Assembly: GCA_963662335.2 (NCBI GenBank) | Contig: CAXXVD010000001.1 | Span: forward strand, 224,001 to 288,000 | Reading direction: 5' to 3' | Length of the DNA: 64,000 nt | Source of the DNA: Chloroflexota bacterium | GTDB lineage: Bacteria; Chloroflexota; UBA11872; VXOZ01 | Shown here: positions 1 through 10,346 of the stretch, one piece after another | Layout: each line of letters begins with the position of its first letter | How positions within the stretch are numbered: position 1 is the stretch's first letter | Notes under the pieces: generated by a model | The model's database searches: none | The model's input: the letters and a program-made list of their open reading frames with translations, nothing else | Told to the model about the DNA's origin: nothing | Position numbers and translations under genes: made by a program

Positions 1-492
1 GGCACCAACGACGAGGCGCTCTACGATCAGTTCCTGGAACTCATGGAAGAGGCGGCCGAATACGCCAAGAGCAAGGGCATCGTGGTGATGATGAAGCCCC
101 ACGGCGGCGTGACAGCCACGGCGCGCGGGCTGGTGGCGCTGATGCAGCGCATTAGCTCCGACAACTTGAAGGTCTTCTACGATCCCGGCAACGTGCTCTT
201 CTACACCGGCGAGCGGCCGGAGGATGACTTTGAGGAACTCGCGCCGTACGTGGCGGGGATGTCCATCAAGGACGAGACCGGCGGCGTGCAAGGCTCCGTG
301 GACGTGACGCCCGGCGACGGCGACGTGGATTTCCGGGCGCTCTTCACGATATTGCGCGACCACGACTTCGACGGTCCCTGCATGATCGAGCAACTCGGCG
401 AAGGCGCCATCGAAGAGGTGCACCATGAGGCCGTGCGGGCGCGCAACTACCTGCATGATCTGCTGGACGAACTCGGCGCGGACGTGGACTAG
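1..492 (+). CDS. Sugar phosphate isomerase/epimerase (xylose isomerase-like TIM barrel), 5'-truncated by window edge
   Basis: Frame open from base 1; motifs YDPGN, SIKD, PGDGDVDF and CMIE typical of the AP endonuclease 2/IolE family. Confidence 0.8.
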   Translation, partial: GTNDEALYDQFLELMEEAAEYAKSKGIVVMMKPHGGVTATARGLVALMQRISSDNLKVFYDPGNVLFYTGERPEDDFEELAPYVAGMSIKDETGGVQGSVDVTPGDGDVDFRALFTILRDHDFDGPCMIEQLGEGAIEEVHHEAVRARNYLHDLLDELGADVD

Positions 493-566
493 CGGCGGTC
501 TTTTGGCCGTAGTTCGGTACGAACGCTAACACCTAGAAGAAGAATGCGAAGGGAGAAGCGGGAAGC

Positions 567-1295
567 GTGGGAAGACTGGACAACACGGTGGCCGTCATCG
601 GCGGCGCGAGCAGCGGCATGGGCGCGGCCACGGCGCGGCTCTTTGCCCAAGAGGGAGCGACAGTGGTCGTGGCGGCGCGCAGCGGTGAAAAGCTGGCGTC
701 GCTGGTGGACGAGATTACCCGGAACGGCGGCACGGCCCGCGCAGTGCCGGTGGACGCGACCGACCGCGCGGCCGTAGACGCCATGGCCGCAAGCGCCCGT
801 GAGCAGTTCGGCACAATCGACGTCTTGGTCAACAGCGTGGGCACGAACATCAAGAACCGCGCCTTCACCGAGATGCGGCCGGCGGACTGGGACATGATGA
901 TCGCGCATAACCTCACCGTAGCCTACAATCTCGTGGACGCGGTCTTGCCCATCATGCGCGAACAGGGCGCGGGCACGATCATCCACTACTCGTCGGACGC
1001 CGTGCAGAAGCCCAACGTGGTCTCCGGCGTCGCCTACCAGGCCACCAAGCACGGCGTGCGCGGCCTGGCCCACGGCACGATGATGGAAGAACGGGAGCGC
1101 GGCATCCGCGTTTCGGTGGTCTATCCCGGCCCGTGCGAAACGCCGCTGCTGGAGAAGCGGCCGGAACCGCCGCCACCGGAAGCCTTTCCCAAGATGCTGC
1201 AACCGGAAGACGTAGCGGCGGCGGCGCTCTTCATTGCCTCGCTGCCGCCGCGCGCCTACGTGCCGGAATTGGTGCTGGCGGCGAGCCTCATGTAG
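567..1295 (+). CDS. SDR family oxidoreductase
   Basis: GASSGMG Rossmann motif, LVNSVG, catalytic YQATK (YxxxK). Confidence 0.9.
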   Translation: MGRLDNTVAVIGGASSGMGAATARLFAQEGATVVVAARSGEKLASLVDEITRNGGTARAVPVDATDRAAVDAMAASAREQFGTIDVLVNSVGTNIKNRAFTEMRPADWDMMIAHNLTVAYNLVDAVLPIMREQGAGTIIHYSSDAVQKPNVVSGVAYQATKHGVRGLAHGTMMEERERGIRVSVVYPGPCETPLLEKRPEPPPPEAFPKMLQPEDVAAAALFIASLPPRAYVPELVLAASLM

Positions 1296-1374
1296 CGCGC
1301 CCGTGAATGCCTGTGTCAGTGTGCACGTCCGGGGCTAGCCGTAGACTCTTGAATTCCTCTGCTCAACGCGCCCA

Positions 1375-2376
1375 ATGACCGCATCCGAAGCGCCCGCAGC
1401 CCTTGTCGCGATCGCCGGCTCCACCGCCGTAGGCAAGACGGCGCTTGCCGTCGCGCTGGCGGCGGAATTCAATGCGGAGATCGTCAGCGCCGACTCGCGC
1501 CAGGTCTACCGCGGCCTGGACATCGGCACGGCCAAGCCAACGATTGCGGAACGGGCGCGGGTCCCGCATCACGTCGTGGACGCCATTGCCGCTGACGACG
1601 CCTCTTTCTCGGTGGCGGTTTGGCGCGAGCGCGCGGAGAGCGCAAGGCAAGACATCCTAGCGCGGGGCAAGCGTCCGTGGCTGGTGGGCGGCGCCGGCTT
1701 CTACGTGCAGTCGCTCGTGGACGTACTGGCGCTACCCAACGTGCCGCCGCAGCCGGAATTGCGCGCCGAACTCAACGACACGCTCGCGCAAGAGGGCATT
1801 GACGCGCTGTTTGCGCGGTTGCAACGCTTGGATCCGTTGGCGGCGGCGCGCATCGACCGGCGCAATCCCCGGCGGCTCATCCGGGCCTTGGAAGTCTGCA
1901 TCGTCTCCGGCAAGCCGTTCTCCGCGCAGGGCGGACGGCGTCCGCCGCCGTATCCGGTCTTGCAGATCGGTCTGCATACCGACCGCGACGCGCTCTACCG
2001 GCGCATCGACCGGCGGGTTGACCGCATGCTCGCGAACGGCTTCTTGACGGAAGTCGAAAATCTGCTCGCTCGGGGCCTCACTACGGACTTGCCGAGTATG
2101 CAGAGCGCCGGCTACCGCCAGCTTGCCGCCTACTTGCAAGGGTCATGCACGTTGGCGGAGGCTATCCAACAGACGAAGTACGCCACCCACCAGCTTGCCA
2201 AACGCCAAGAAACTTGGTTCCGCAAGCAAAAGGGCATACAATGGATAGAGATAGGGCCTCACGCGGTGGCCTTGGCGCGGGAGCGAATTGAACGCTTCTA
2301 CGCGCTGTGTGCGTCGAGAACCGAATTGAGTTTGAAAAAGGGAGCTGCGAACGATGGCGGTGAGAGATACGCATAG
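1375..2376 (+). CDS. miaA: tRNA dimethylallyltransferase
   Basis: GSTAVGKT P-loop, SADSRQVYRGLDIGTAKP, RRLIRALEV, AKRQETWF. Confidence 0.95.
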   Translation: MTASEAPAALVAIAGSTAVGKTALAVALAAEFNAEIVSADSRQVYRGLDIGTAKPTIAERARVPHHVVDAIAADDASFSVAVWRERAESARQDILARGKRPWLVGGAGFYVQSLVDVLALPNVPPQPELRAELNDTLAQEGIDALFARLQRLDPLAAARIDRRNPRRLIRALEVCIVSGKPFSAQGGRRPPPYPVLQIGLHTDRDALYRRIDRRVDRMLANGFLTEVENLLARGLTTDLPSMQSAGYRQLAAYLQGSCTLAEAIQQTKYATHQLAKRQETWFRKQKGIQWIEIGPHAVALARERIERFYALCASRTELSLKKGAANDGGERYA

Positions 2377-2647
2377 GGCGTTCGAGCGGCTCACCAGCGC
2401 GGGCTGCAGTAAGGAGTTGACTGAAGCCTTGCTGGAAATCCTGGGTGATTCTTGGGATACGGTAGCCACCAAGGCGGATATAGCCGACATGGCGACCAAG
2501 GCGGACATTGCCGACACGGCTTCAAAGTCCGACCTGCGCGAACTAGAGTCCCGCTTGGAACTGCGCCTTACACTACGCTTTGGCGTCATGTTGGCGGCCG
2601 CCGTTAGCGTGTTGATCGCGGTGCTGCTGGTGCTGGAACTTGTGTGA
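2354..2647 (+). CDS. Small coiled-coil protein with C-terminal TM helix (DUF1640/CCDC90-like)
   Basis: ATKADIADM-type repeats, heptad coiled coil, hydrophobic C-terminus; GGGAG RBS upstream. Confidence 0.65.
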   Translation: MAVRDTHRAFERLTSAGCSKELTEALLEILGDSWDTVATKADIADMATKADIADTASKSDLRELESRLELRLTLRFGVMLAAAVSVLIAVLLVLELV

Positions 2648-2733
2648 CCGCGGTAGCAGGATACGCGCGCAACAAACCGCCTGCGACATGGGCGCGCCGA
2701 TTCGGAGCGATGTTGGTGAACAGGGAGCACACG

Positions 2734-3582
<849 letters not shown>

Positions 3583-3584
3583 GC

Positions 3585-3920
3585 ATGTCCGAAAACACCA
3601 AGCGCGCACTGCTCGTCATCGCAGCGCTCCTGCTCGGCATCGTCTCCATCGCCCCGTTTGGCAGGCTCAACCGCAGCGAACGGGCCGGCGTCTTAGCCGC
3701 GGTGGCTACCGCCATTGTGGGTCTGGTGGCGTTCACGCGCCGCGAGACCGAAGGCGAACTGCTGGGCATCCCCTATAGCTTCAGCCCGCCCACCCTGGAG
3801 CGCCTGAAGCGGCGCCTCTGGAACGCCGAGGACCCGCGCGTCTTTACGCCCCACATCTTCGGCTGGGGCTGGAGCATAAACTTCTACCAGATTGGGAAGC
3901 GCCTCGGCCTCATCGGCTAA
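3585..3920 (+). CDS. Small membrane protein, DUF5808-like
   Basis: Two TM helices, then WNAEDPRVFTPHIFGWGWSINF motif. Confidence 0.65.
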   Translation: MSENTKRALLVIAALLLGIVSIAPFGRLNRSERAGVLAAVATAIVGLVAFTRRETEGELLGIPYSFSPPTLERLKRRLWNAEDPRVFTPHIFGWGWSINFYQIGKRLGLIG

Positions 3921-3972
3921 CTCTACGTTCTCCAATTCGTCGCAACCGGCTTCGCAGTAAGAGTCATCGCAC

Positions 3973-6039
3973 ATGGGTTTGCTCGTTGGCGTGGACATTG
4001 GCGGCACGTTCACGGACGTGGTCGTGCTCGATGAGGCGCGCCGCCACCTCCAGATCGGCAAGGTTGCCACGACGCCCGACGATCAATCGCTCGGCTTCAT
4101 CGGCGCCTTGGACGGCATGAGCGTCTCGTACGCCGACGTGGACCTCGTTACCCACGGCACCACCGTTGCCACCAACGCCGTGCTGGAACGGGACGGCGGC
4201 CGCTGCGGCCTGATCGCCACGCGGGGCTTCCGGGACATTCTGGAGTTGCGCCGCCGCGACCGTCCCCACATGTACGGCCTTACCGGGTCGTTCGAGCCGC
4301 TGATTCCCCGCGACCGCCGCCTGGAGGTGACCGAGCGCATTGCCGCCGAAGGAGCCGTGTTAACTCCCTTGCAAGAAGAAGAGGTGTTGGCAGCGGGCAA
4401 GCTGCTGGTAGCGCAGTGGGTCGAGGCGATCGTCGTCAGCTTCATGAATGCCTACGCCAATCCCGCGCACGAACTGCGCGCCAAGGAGATCTTGCAAGCC
4501 GAGTGGCCGCATCTCTACGTGGTGACGTCCAGCGAGACGCTGCCGGTCTACCGCGAGTTCGAGCGCACGAGCACGGCGGTGGTGAACGCCTACGTGCAGC
4601 CGAACGTGGGCGAATACCTGGAACAACTGGAGGAGCGCCTCCAAGCGCGGGGCTACGGCAGCGACCTCTTCATCATGCAGTCGAACGGCGGCATGATGTC
4701 CGCCGCGACGGTGCGCAACTTGCCGCTCAACACCGTGCTTTCCGGCCCCGCGGCCGGGGTAATTGCCGCTACCCGCATCGCCGCTGAGGACGGATTTTCC
4801 AACCTGATTACGTACGACATGGGCGGCACCAGCCTGGACGTCTCGCTGGTGCAGGACGGCAAGCCCCTGCCGTCGAGCGGCATGGACCTGGAGTTCGGCA
4901 TTCCCCTCATGGTCTCGATGATTGACATTCACACGATCGGCGCCGGCGGCGGCAGCATCGCGCGCGTTGACCCCGGCGGACTGCTGCAAGTGGGGCCGCA
5001 AAGCGCGGGCGCGGACCCGGGGCCGGTTTGCTACGGCAAGGACGGCACGGCGCCGACGCTGACCGACGCCAACCTGATACTCGGCAGAATCAACCCCAAC
5101 TATCCGATCGCCGGGGTCGCGGGCGCGGCATTCGACGTTGCCAGCGCGCGCTCCGTGGTAGCGGAGACTATCGGCAAGCAGCTGGGACTCGCCACCGAGC
5201 AGGCGGCGCAAGCCATCGTGACGGTGGCGAACAACCGCATTGCGGGCAGCCTGCGCCGGGTTTCTATCGACAAAGGCCACGACCCCCGCGATTTCGCGCT
5301 CTTCTCCTTTGGCGGCAGCGGCCCGTTGCACGTAGGCTATCTCTTGCGGGAACTGAGCATCGGCCGGGGCATCGTGCCGTACTATCCGGGGATTGCCTCG
5401 GCGTGGGGCTGCGTGATTGCCGACCGCCGGCACGACTTCGTGACGATGCAGAATCGCCTGCTTAGCGAGTTAGACGTGGCTGAAGTGGAACGCGCGTTCG
5501 CCGAGCATCTGGCGGCAGGTGAGGAGATGCTCGCCGGGGAGAACGTGCCGCTGGCGCGCGTCAGCGTCATCCGCGAAGCAGACATCGCCTACGAGGGGCA
5601 GACCCACGTCATTCGCACGGCCCTGCCGGCGGGCGCACTCAGCCGCGAGACCATCGCCGCCAGTTTTCGCAGCGCCTACCTCCAGCACTATGGGCGCGTC
5701 GAAGAAGGATTTGGCGGTTTGGAGGAATTGCTCGCCCAGATTCCGATCCGGCTGCTCAACCTGCGCACGGCCGTTATCGGCGTCCGCGCCGACGTGCGGT
5801 TGAAGGACTTCGTGCACGCGCCGGAGACCACGTTGGCGGAGGCGCGCAAAGAGGAGCGTTCCGTATACGTTGACGATGGGTTCGTGACGTGTCCGGTCTA
5901 CGACCGCACCAAACTGCCGTGGGACACGGCGCTTGCCGGTCCGGCCCTCATCGAGCAGCCGGACACCACAATCTGGCTGGAGCCCGGTTGCGGCGCAACG
6001 GTCGCCCCGGGCGGCAGTTTGCTGCTGGAGGTGACGTAA
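3973..6039 (+). CDS. Hydantoinase/5-oxoprolinase subunit A
   Basis: GVDIGGTFTD, HGTTVATNA, SGPAAG, DMGGTS, GAGGGS, SAGADPGP. Confidence 0.92.
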   Translation: MGLLVGVDIGGTFTDVVVLDEARRHLQIGKVATTPDDQSLGFIGALDGMSVSYADVDLVTHGTTVATNAVLERDGGRCGLIATRGFRDILELRRRDRPHMYGLTGSFEPLIPRDRRLEVTERIAAEGAVLTPLQEEEVLAAGKLLVAQWVEAIVVSFMNAYANPAHELRAKEILQAEWPHLYVVTSSETLPVYREFERTSTAVVNAYVQPNVGEYLEQLEERLQARGYGSDLFIMQSNGGMMSAATVRNLPLNTVLSGPAAGVIAATRIAAEDGFSNLITYDMGGTSLDVSLVQDGKPLPSSGMDLEFGIPLMVSMIDIHTIGAGGGSIARVDPGGLLQVGPQSAGADPGPVCYGKDGTAPTLTDANLILGRINPNYPIAGVAGAAFDVASARSVVAETIGKQLGLATEQAAQAIVTVANNRIAGSLRRVSIDKGHDPRDFALFSFGGSGPLHVGYLLRELSIGRGIVPYYPGIASAWGCVIADRRHDFVTMQNRLLSELDVAEVERAFAEHLAAGEEMLAGENVPLARVSVIREADIAYEGQTHVIRTALPAGALSRETIAASFRSAYLQHYGRVEEGFGGLEELLAQIPIRLLNLRTAVIGVRADVRLKDFVHAPETTLAEARKEERSVYVDDGFVTCPVYDRTKLPWDTALAGPALIEQPDTTIWLEPGCGATVAPGGSLLLEVT

Positions 6040-6040
6040 G

Positions 6041-7786
6041 ATGTCCCTAGACCCCATTACGCTCGCGGTCATTCGCGGCGGCCTGGAGCAGATCGCCGAC
6101 GAGATGGACGCCACCCTGGAGCGCATGGCGTTTTCGCCGGTCATCTCTGACGGGTTCGACCGCGCCAGCGGCATCTACCACGTGCGCGACGGTGAGGTCA
6201 TCATGCAGGGGCCGCGCGGCCTGCCCAACTTCATCTGCGTGATGGAGTTCACCGTGCGCTCGGTAATCGAGCGCGTCGAGAATCCCACCGACGGCGACGT
6301 CTACATCGTCAACGATCCGTATCTGGGCGGCACCCACCTGATGGACGTAAAGATGGTGCGGCCCTTCTTCTACAAGGGGAAACTCACGGCGTTCCTGGCG
6401 AACAGCGGCCACTGGCCGGACATCGGTGGGCGCGTGCCGGGCGGCTTTTCGACGCGGGCAACGGAGATCTACCAGGAAGGCCTGCGCCTGCCGCCGGTGC
6501 GCATCATGGCCGGCGGCAAGCTGAACCAGGACGTGCTGGACATCATCCTCCATAACGTGCGCGTCTCCAGCGAGCGCCAGGGTGACATCATCGCCAAGAT
6601 CACCGCGCTCAACCTCGGCGCGGAACGGCTCACGAAATTGCTCGACCGCTACGGTGAAGCCACCGTCTTCGCAGCCGTCGATGAAATGAAGGCGCGCTCC
6701 GAGCAACTCATGCGCAGCCATATCGAGACCATCCCCGACGGCACGTACGAGTTTACCGATTACATTGACAGCGACGGCGTGGAGTGGGAGCCGCTGGCGC
6801 TGCGCCTGAAGCTGACCATCAGCGGCAGCGACGTGCACGTGGACTTTTCCGAGAGCAGCCCGCCCTGCCGGGGACCGCTGAACAGCGTCTTCAGCACCAC
6901 GTTGGCGGGCGTGTTCATTGCCTTCAAGCACATCTTTCCGGACGTGCCCATCAACGCGGGGTGCTTTGCGCCGATTGCGGTCGATATTCCGCCGACGACG
7001 TTTCTCCACGCCCAGCCGCCGCGGCCGGTGGCTGGCTGCGCCGCTGAAGTCTGCCAGCGCGTGATCGACGTGATGCTGGGCGCGTTGAGCCAGGCGATTC
7101 CGGATAATTCCTACGCCGCGCCCATGGGCACGGTCACGAATCTCTCGGTGGGCGGTGAGAATCCGGGCCGGGGATACTACGTCTTCTACTCGTTCATCGG
7201 CGGCGGCTACGGCGGCAATTTCGCCACCGACGGGCTCATCAACGGCAATCCCACCATCGCCGTGGCTCGCACCCAGGCGCTGGAAATCTTCGAGTTTCGC
7301 TATCCGGTGCTCTTCACGCGCTACGCCATCCGGGAAGGTTCGGGCGGCGCGGGCAAGCGGCGCGGCGGCTACGGCGTCATCTTCGAGTTTCAGATTCGGG
7401 ACGGTGACGCCAGCGCGTCGCTGCTGGGCGAACGCGGCCGGTTCGCGCCGTTCGGCATCCTGGGCGGTTCCTCAGCGCAATCGGCCGAGCACGTTTTCAC
7501 GCTGGCAGGAGAAGAATACCGCCCGGAACACGTCACGAAAGACGAGGGCGTGCACATGGAGCCGGGCGACGTGCTGAGCTTGCGGACGCCGGGCGGCGGG
7601 GGCTACGGCGATCCGTTCGCGCGGCCGGCGGCGCTGGTGCTCCAAGACGTGCGGCGCGGCTACTACGACCGCGCCACGGCGCTGCGCGAGTACGGCGTGC
7701 GCATCCAGCCGGATGCGTGGGTGGTGGACGAGGACTCTACGCGGGTGCTGCGCAGACGCAGCCGCGCACAAGAGTCGAGAGACTGA
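6041..7786 (+). CDS. Hydantoinase B/oxoprolinase subunit B
   Basis: NDPYLGGTHLMD, HWPDIGG, EIYQEG, TPGGGGYG; starts 1 nt after the subunit A stop. Confidence 0.92.
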   Translation: MSLDPITLAVIRGGLEQIADEMDATLERMAFSPVISDGFDRASGIYHVRDGEVIMQGPRGLPNFICVMEFTVRSVIERVENPTDGDVYIVNDPYLGGTHLMDVKMVRPFFYKGKLTAFLANSGHWPDIGGRVPGGFSTRATEIYQEGLRLPPVRIMAGGKLNQDVLDIILHNVRVSSERQGDIIAKITALNLGAERLTKLLDRYGEATVFAAVDEMKARSEQLMRSHIETIPDGTYEFTDYIDSDGVEWEPLALRLKLTISGSDVHVDFSESSPPCRGPLNSVFSTTLAGVFIAFKHIFPDVPINAGCFAPIAVDIPPTTFLHAQPPRPVAGCAAEVCQRVIDVMLGALSQAIPDNSYAAPMGTVTNLSVGGENPGRGYYVFYSFIGGGYGGNFATDGLINGNPTIAVARTQALEIFEFRYPVLFTRYAIREGSGGAGKRRGGYGVIFEFQIRDGDASASLLGERGRFAPFGILGGSSAQSAEHVFTLAGEEYRPEHVTKDEGVHMEPGDVLSLRTPGGGGYGDPFARPAALVLQDVRRGYYDRATALREYGVRIQPDAWVVDEDSTRVLRRRSRAQESRD

Positions 7787-8085
7787 CGCGCTTCTCCTCT
7801 TCCACCCGGCACACCCTATTGTGCCGTCGTTAGCCCTTGGGAGGGATTTGCCTACACAGGCCCTTCTGATGCGCGGCATGCCCGTCACGCGCCCAAGATC
7901 CATTGGCGCAGGGAGCGCACGCCAGGGTGAATTCGCAGTGCATTCATGCCCGCAGCGGTGCGGTAGCAGCCACAGGCTTCCGTAATTCCACCAAGCTCTA
8001 GCGCCGCTTGCCGCATTTCGCTACAGTATAGGCAGGCACGAATGGCGCGGCGAAGCCTGCGGCTTTCTCCGGCGGAGAGGAGGGT

Positions 8086-8550
8086 TTGCTCGTGAGCGTG
8101 TGGGGTAGGATACTTGTCGTCTGCATAGTGTTGGCGGTAGTGAGCGCCTGCGGCGACTCTGCTGAGGAAGAGGTAGTCCCCACGCCAGCGTCCGCGACTG
8201 AGACTCAATCCTCGCCCACTGCCGAGGCCGTTACGGAAGCGGAGCCAACGGCAACACCGACACCGGCGCCTGACGCCGCGCCCACGCCCGCGGTTGAGGC
8301 TGACGCCGGCACAGATGCCGCGCAGCAGGAGCCCGCGCCCACACAGGCGCAGAGCATCATCTTCTACGACCTCACGGCCATCGAGAAGACCTGTCCGGGC
8401 TACCAGGAGTTCACCGGCTTCCGGCAGACCGTTTCTCAGGTGAAGATTACGTGCACGAGCCCCGGCGTGGAGACGGTCTACTTCGTGGACTTGGATAACC
8501 TGGTAGTGACGGGCATCCGGGTGCCGCTGCTGGAACCGGAAATGCCGTAG
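8086..8550 (+). CDS. Lipoprotein, paralog 1 of a tandem trio (P/T/A-rich linker plus two-Cys C-terminal domain)
   Basis: Lipobox VSAC; C-terminal domain aligns by eye with the two downstream ORFs; start may be TTG 8086 or GTG 8092. Confidence 0.75.
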   Translation: MLVSVWGRILVVCIVLAVVSACGDSAEEEVVPTPASATETQSSPTAEAVTEAEPTATPTPAPDAAPTPAVEADAGTDAAQQEPAPTQAQSIIFYDLTAIEKTCPGYQEFTGFRQTVSQVKITCTSPGVETVYFVDLDNLVVTGIRVPLLEPEMP

Positions 8551-8601
8551 TCGCGCGGCGCAAGACTGGTAGGCGACCGCGATAGCGCGCGAGGGCGTGT
8601 C

Positions 8602-8991
8602 GTGAAATTGCCGCTCGGGCTCCTCCTTGTAATCCTCATCGCGGCGCTGTGCGGCTGTGGCGGGCAGCCGGCGGCGGAAGCCACGCCGCCGCCCAGTCCC
8701 ATGCAGGCGCCCCAGCCCACGCCGTCGCCCGCGCTTGCGCTTGGTCTGCGGAAGCAGGGCATCGTCTTTCACGATCTCACCCAGGGCGAACGGGACTGCC
8801 CCGGATTGGTGGAGATTCTGGCCCCGCAGGAGGTCTCGCCGGACGGGGCATCCGACTCGCCGGCGGAAGTGGTGCGGCAGGTGCGGCTCATCTGCACGTA
8901 TGAGGACAAGGGCACGGTTTACGTGGTTGATCTGGCGAATCAGACCGTGACCGTCACCCGCAAGCCGCCGCCCGTGCCGGGGATGCCGTAA
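8602..8991 (+). CDS. Lipoprotein, paralog 2 of tandem trio
   Basis: Lipobox LCGC; GIVFHDL...CPG...VRLICT...TVYVVD motif. Confidence 0.75.
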   Translation: MKLPLGLLLVILIAALCGCGGQPAAEATPPPSPMQAPQPTPSPALALGLRKQGIVFHDLTQGERDCPGLVEILAPQEVSPDGASDSPAEVVRQVRLICTYEDKGTVYVVDLANQTVTVTRKPPPVPGMP

Positions 8992-8995
8992 GCCA

Positions 8996-9355
8996 ATGGT
9001 CGCGCTTTCTCGCTGCGGAATCCTGCTCTTGAGCCTTGCGCTCGCGCTGTCCGGCTGCCGGAGCGCGCCGCAAGCGTCAACACCCGTGCCGACACCGACC
9101 GTGGGGCTCATCCAACCGCAGGCGCCGACCCGCGCGGAACGGCCTTGGCCGGAAGGCGTGCTCTTCTACGAGATCGAGGAGCCGGAACAGGCCTGCCTCG
9201 GCTACCAGGAGTACCTCTCGTTTAGCGAAACCATCACGCAGATCAAGATCGTCTGCACGCAAGCGGGCGTCGAGACCGTCTACTTCATCGACACGGAGAA
9301 GCAGACGGTAACCGTGGTGCGCATACCCATACCGCTGATCAAGCCGCAAGAGTAG
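8996..9355 (+). CDS. Lipoprotein, paralog 3 of tandem trio
   Basis: Lipobox LSGC; GVLFYEI...CLG...IKIVCT...TVYFID motif. Confidence 0.75.
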   Translation: MVALSRCGILLLSLALALSGCRSAPQASTPVPTPTVGLIQPQAPTRAERPWPEGVLFYEIEEPEQACLGYQEYLSFSETITQIKIVCTQAGVETVYFIDTEKQTVTVVRIPIPLIKPQE

Positions 9356-9473
9356 GTGTGTTCAGCGGTGTGGGGGCGGAGAAAGTATAGCAGCTAGCGG
9401 GTAGACGCGATTTCCGCGCTGAGGGATAGCGCTGCCGCCTACACCCATCCACCATTGCACAGCGATCGGACTG

Positions 9474-10325
9474 CTAGAGTCTGCCGCCGCTCTCCGCCGC
9501 GACGAGCACACGCCGGATGTCGTCGGCAAACGTGACTTCCGAGTCATCCTGCGGCGCGTAGCCGATGACCTTGCGCGCGTTGGCGATGCTCCAGAAGGCG
9601 CGGGCGTTGTTGGAGACGCCGTAGAAGATTTGGAACGGGACGCCGTGTTCGTTGGTAATGTCCGGCGTCTCGATTGACTTCACGAAGAGTTGTTGCAGGT
9701 CGCGGGGGCTGATATACGCGCCCAGGTTGCGCTTGTAGCCGGTGAAGTCCGCCGCCGCCGTTGCCGCCGGTATCGGCCGCGGCGCGCCGATGCGTATCTG
9801 CACGATTTCCAGCGCCCGCCCGTACCCGCCGGTGGCAAAGAGAAACCCCAGGTGCTCGTAGCAGGCTTTGGCCCAGCCGTAGTAGTTGTCCGAGAGCGGC
9901 GGCGCGGTCACGTCCAGCATCTCCATTTTGCGCTGCCGCAGCAGGTGTTCGTACCAATCGGCGGCGTGATTGGAACTCGCGACCACCACCCGCCGCGCGC
10001 CTTCTTCCCGCGCGGTCTGGTAGACGTGGAAGGCCAGGTCGAGATTGGCGCGCTCCGAATAGTAGTCGCCGTCGTTCATGGAGCGCCCCACCTTATAGTT
10101 GAACGCCAGGTGCACCACCGCGTCCGCCCCTGCAAAGAAGCGGCGGTACGTCTCCCGGTCCGGGTCGCGCAGGTCGGTGAGGGTGATTCCCTCCACCGGC
10201 GCGCCGTCCCGGGTTGTGTCCCGCGTATCCAGCAGCACCAGGTCGTACCGCTCCCGGAACGCGGGCAGAAGCTGTGACGCCACGTAGCCCGCGGCGCCGG
10301 TCACGACCACTTTCAAACGCGCCAT
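9474..10325 (-). CDS. NAD(P)-dependent epimerase/dehydratase (uronate dehydrogenase-like)
   Basis: TGAAGYVA, ASSNHA, YGWAK (YxxxK), YGVSNN. Confidence 0.85.
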   Translation of the reverse strand: MARLKVVVTGAAGYVASQLLPAFRERYDLVLLDTRDTTRDGAPVEGITLTDLRDPDRETYRRFFAGADAVVHLAFNYKVGRSMNDGDYYSERANLDLAFHVYQTAREEGARRVVVASSNHAADWYEHLLRQRKMEMLDVTAPPLSDNYYGWAKACYEHLGFLFATGGYGRALEIVQIRIGAPRPIPAATAAADFTGYKRNLGAYISPRDLQQLFVKSIETPDITNEHGVPFQIFYGVSNNARAFWSIANARKVIGYAPQDDSEVTFADDIRRVLVAAESGGRL

Positions 10326-10346
10326 GCGATCTTGCTCCTTGTTTCG

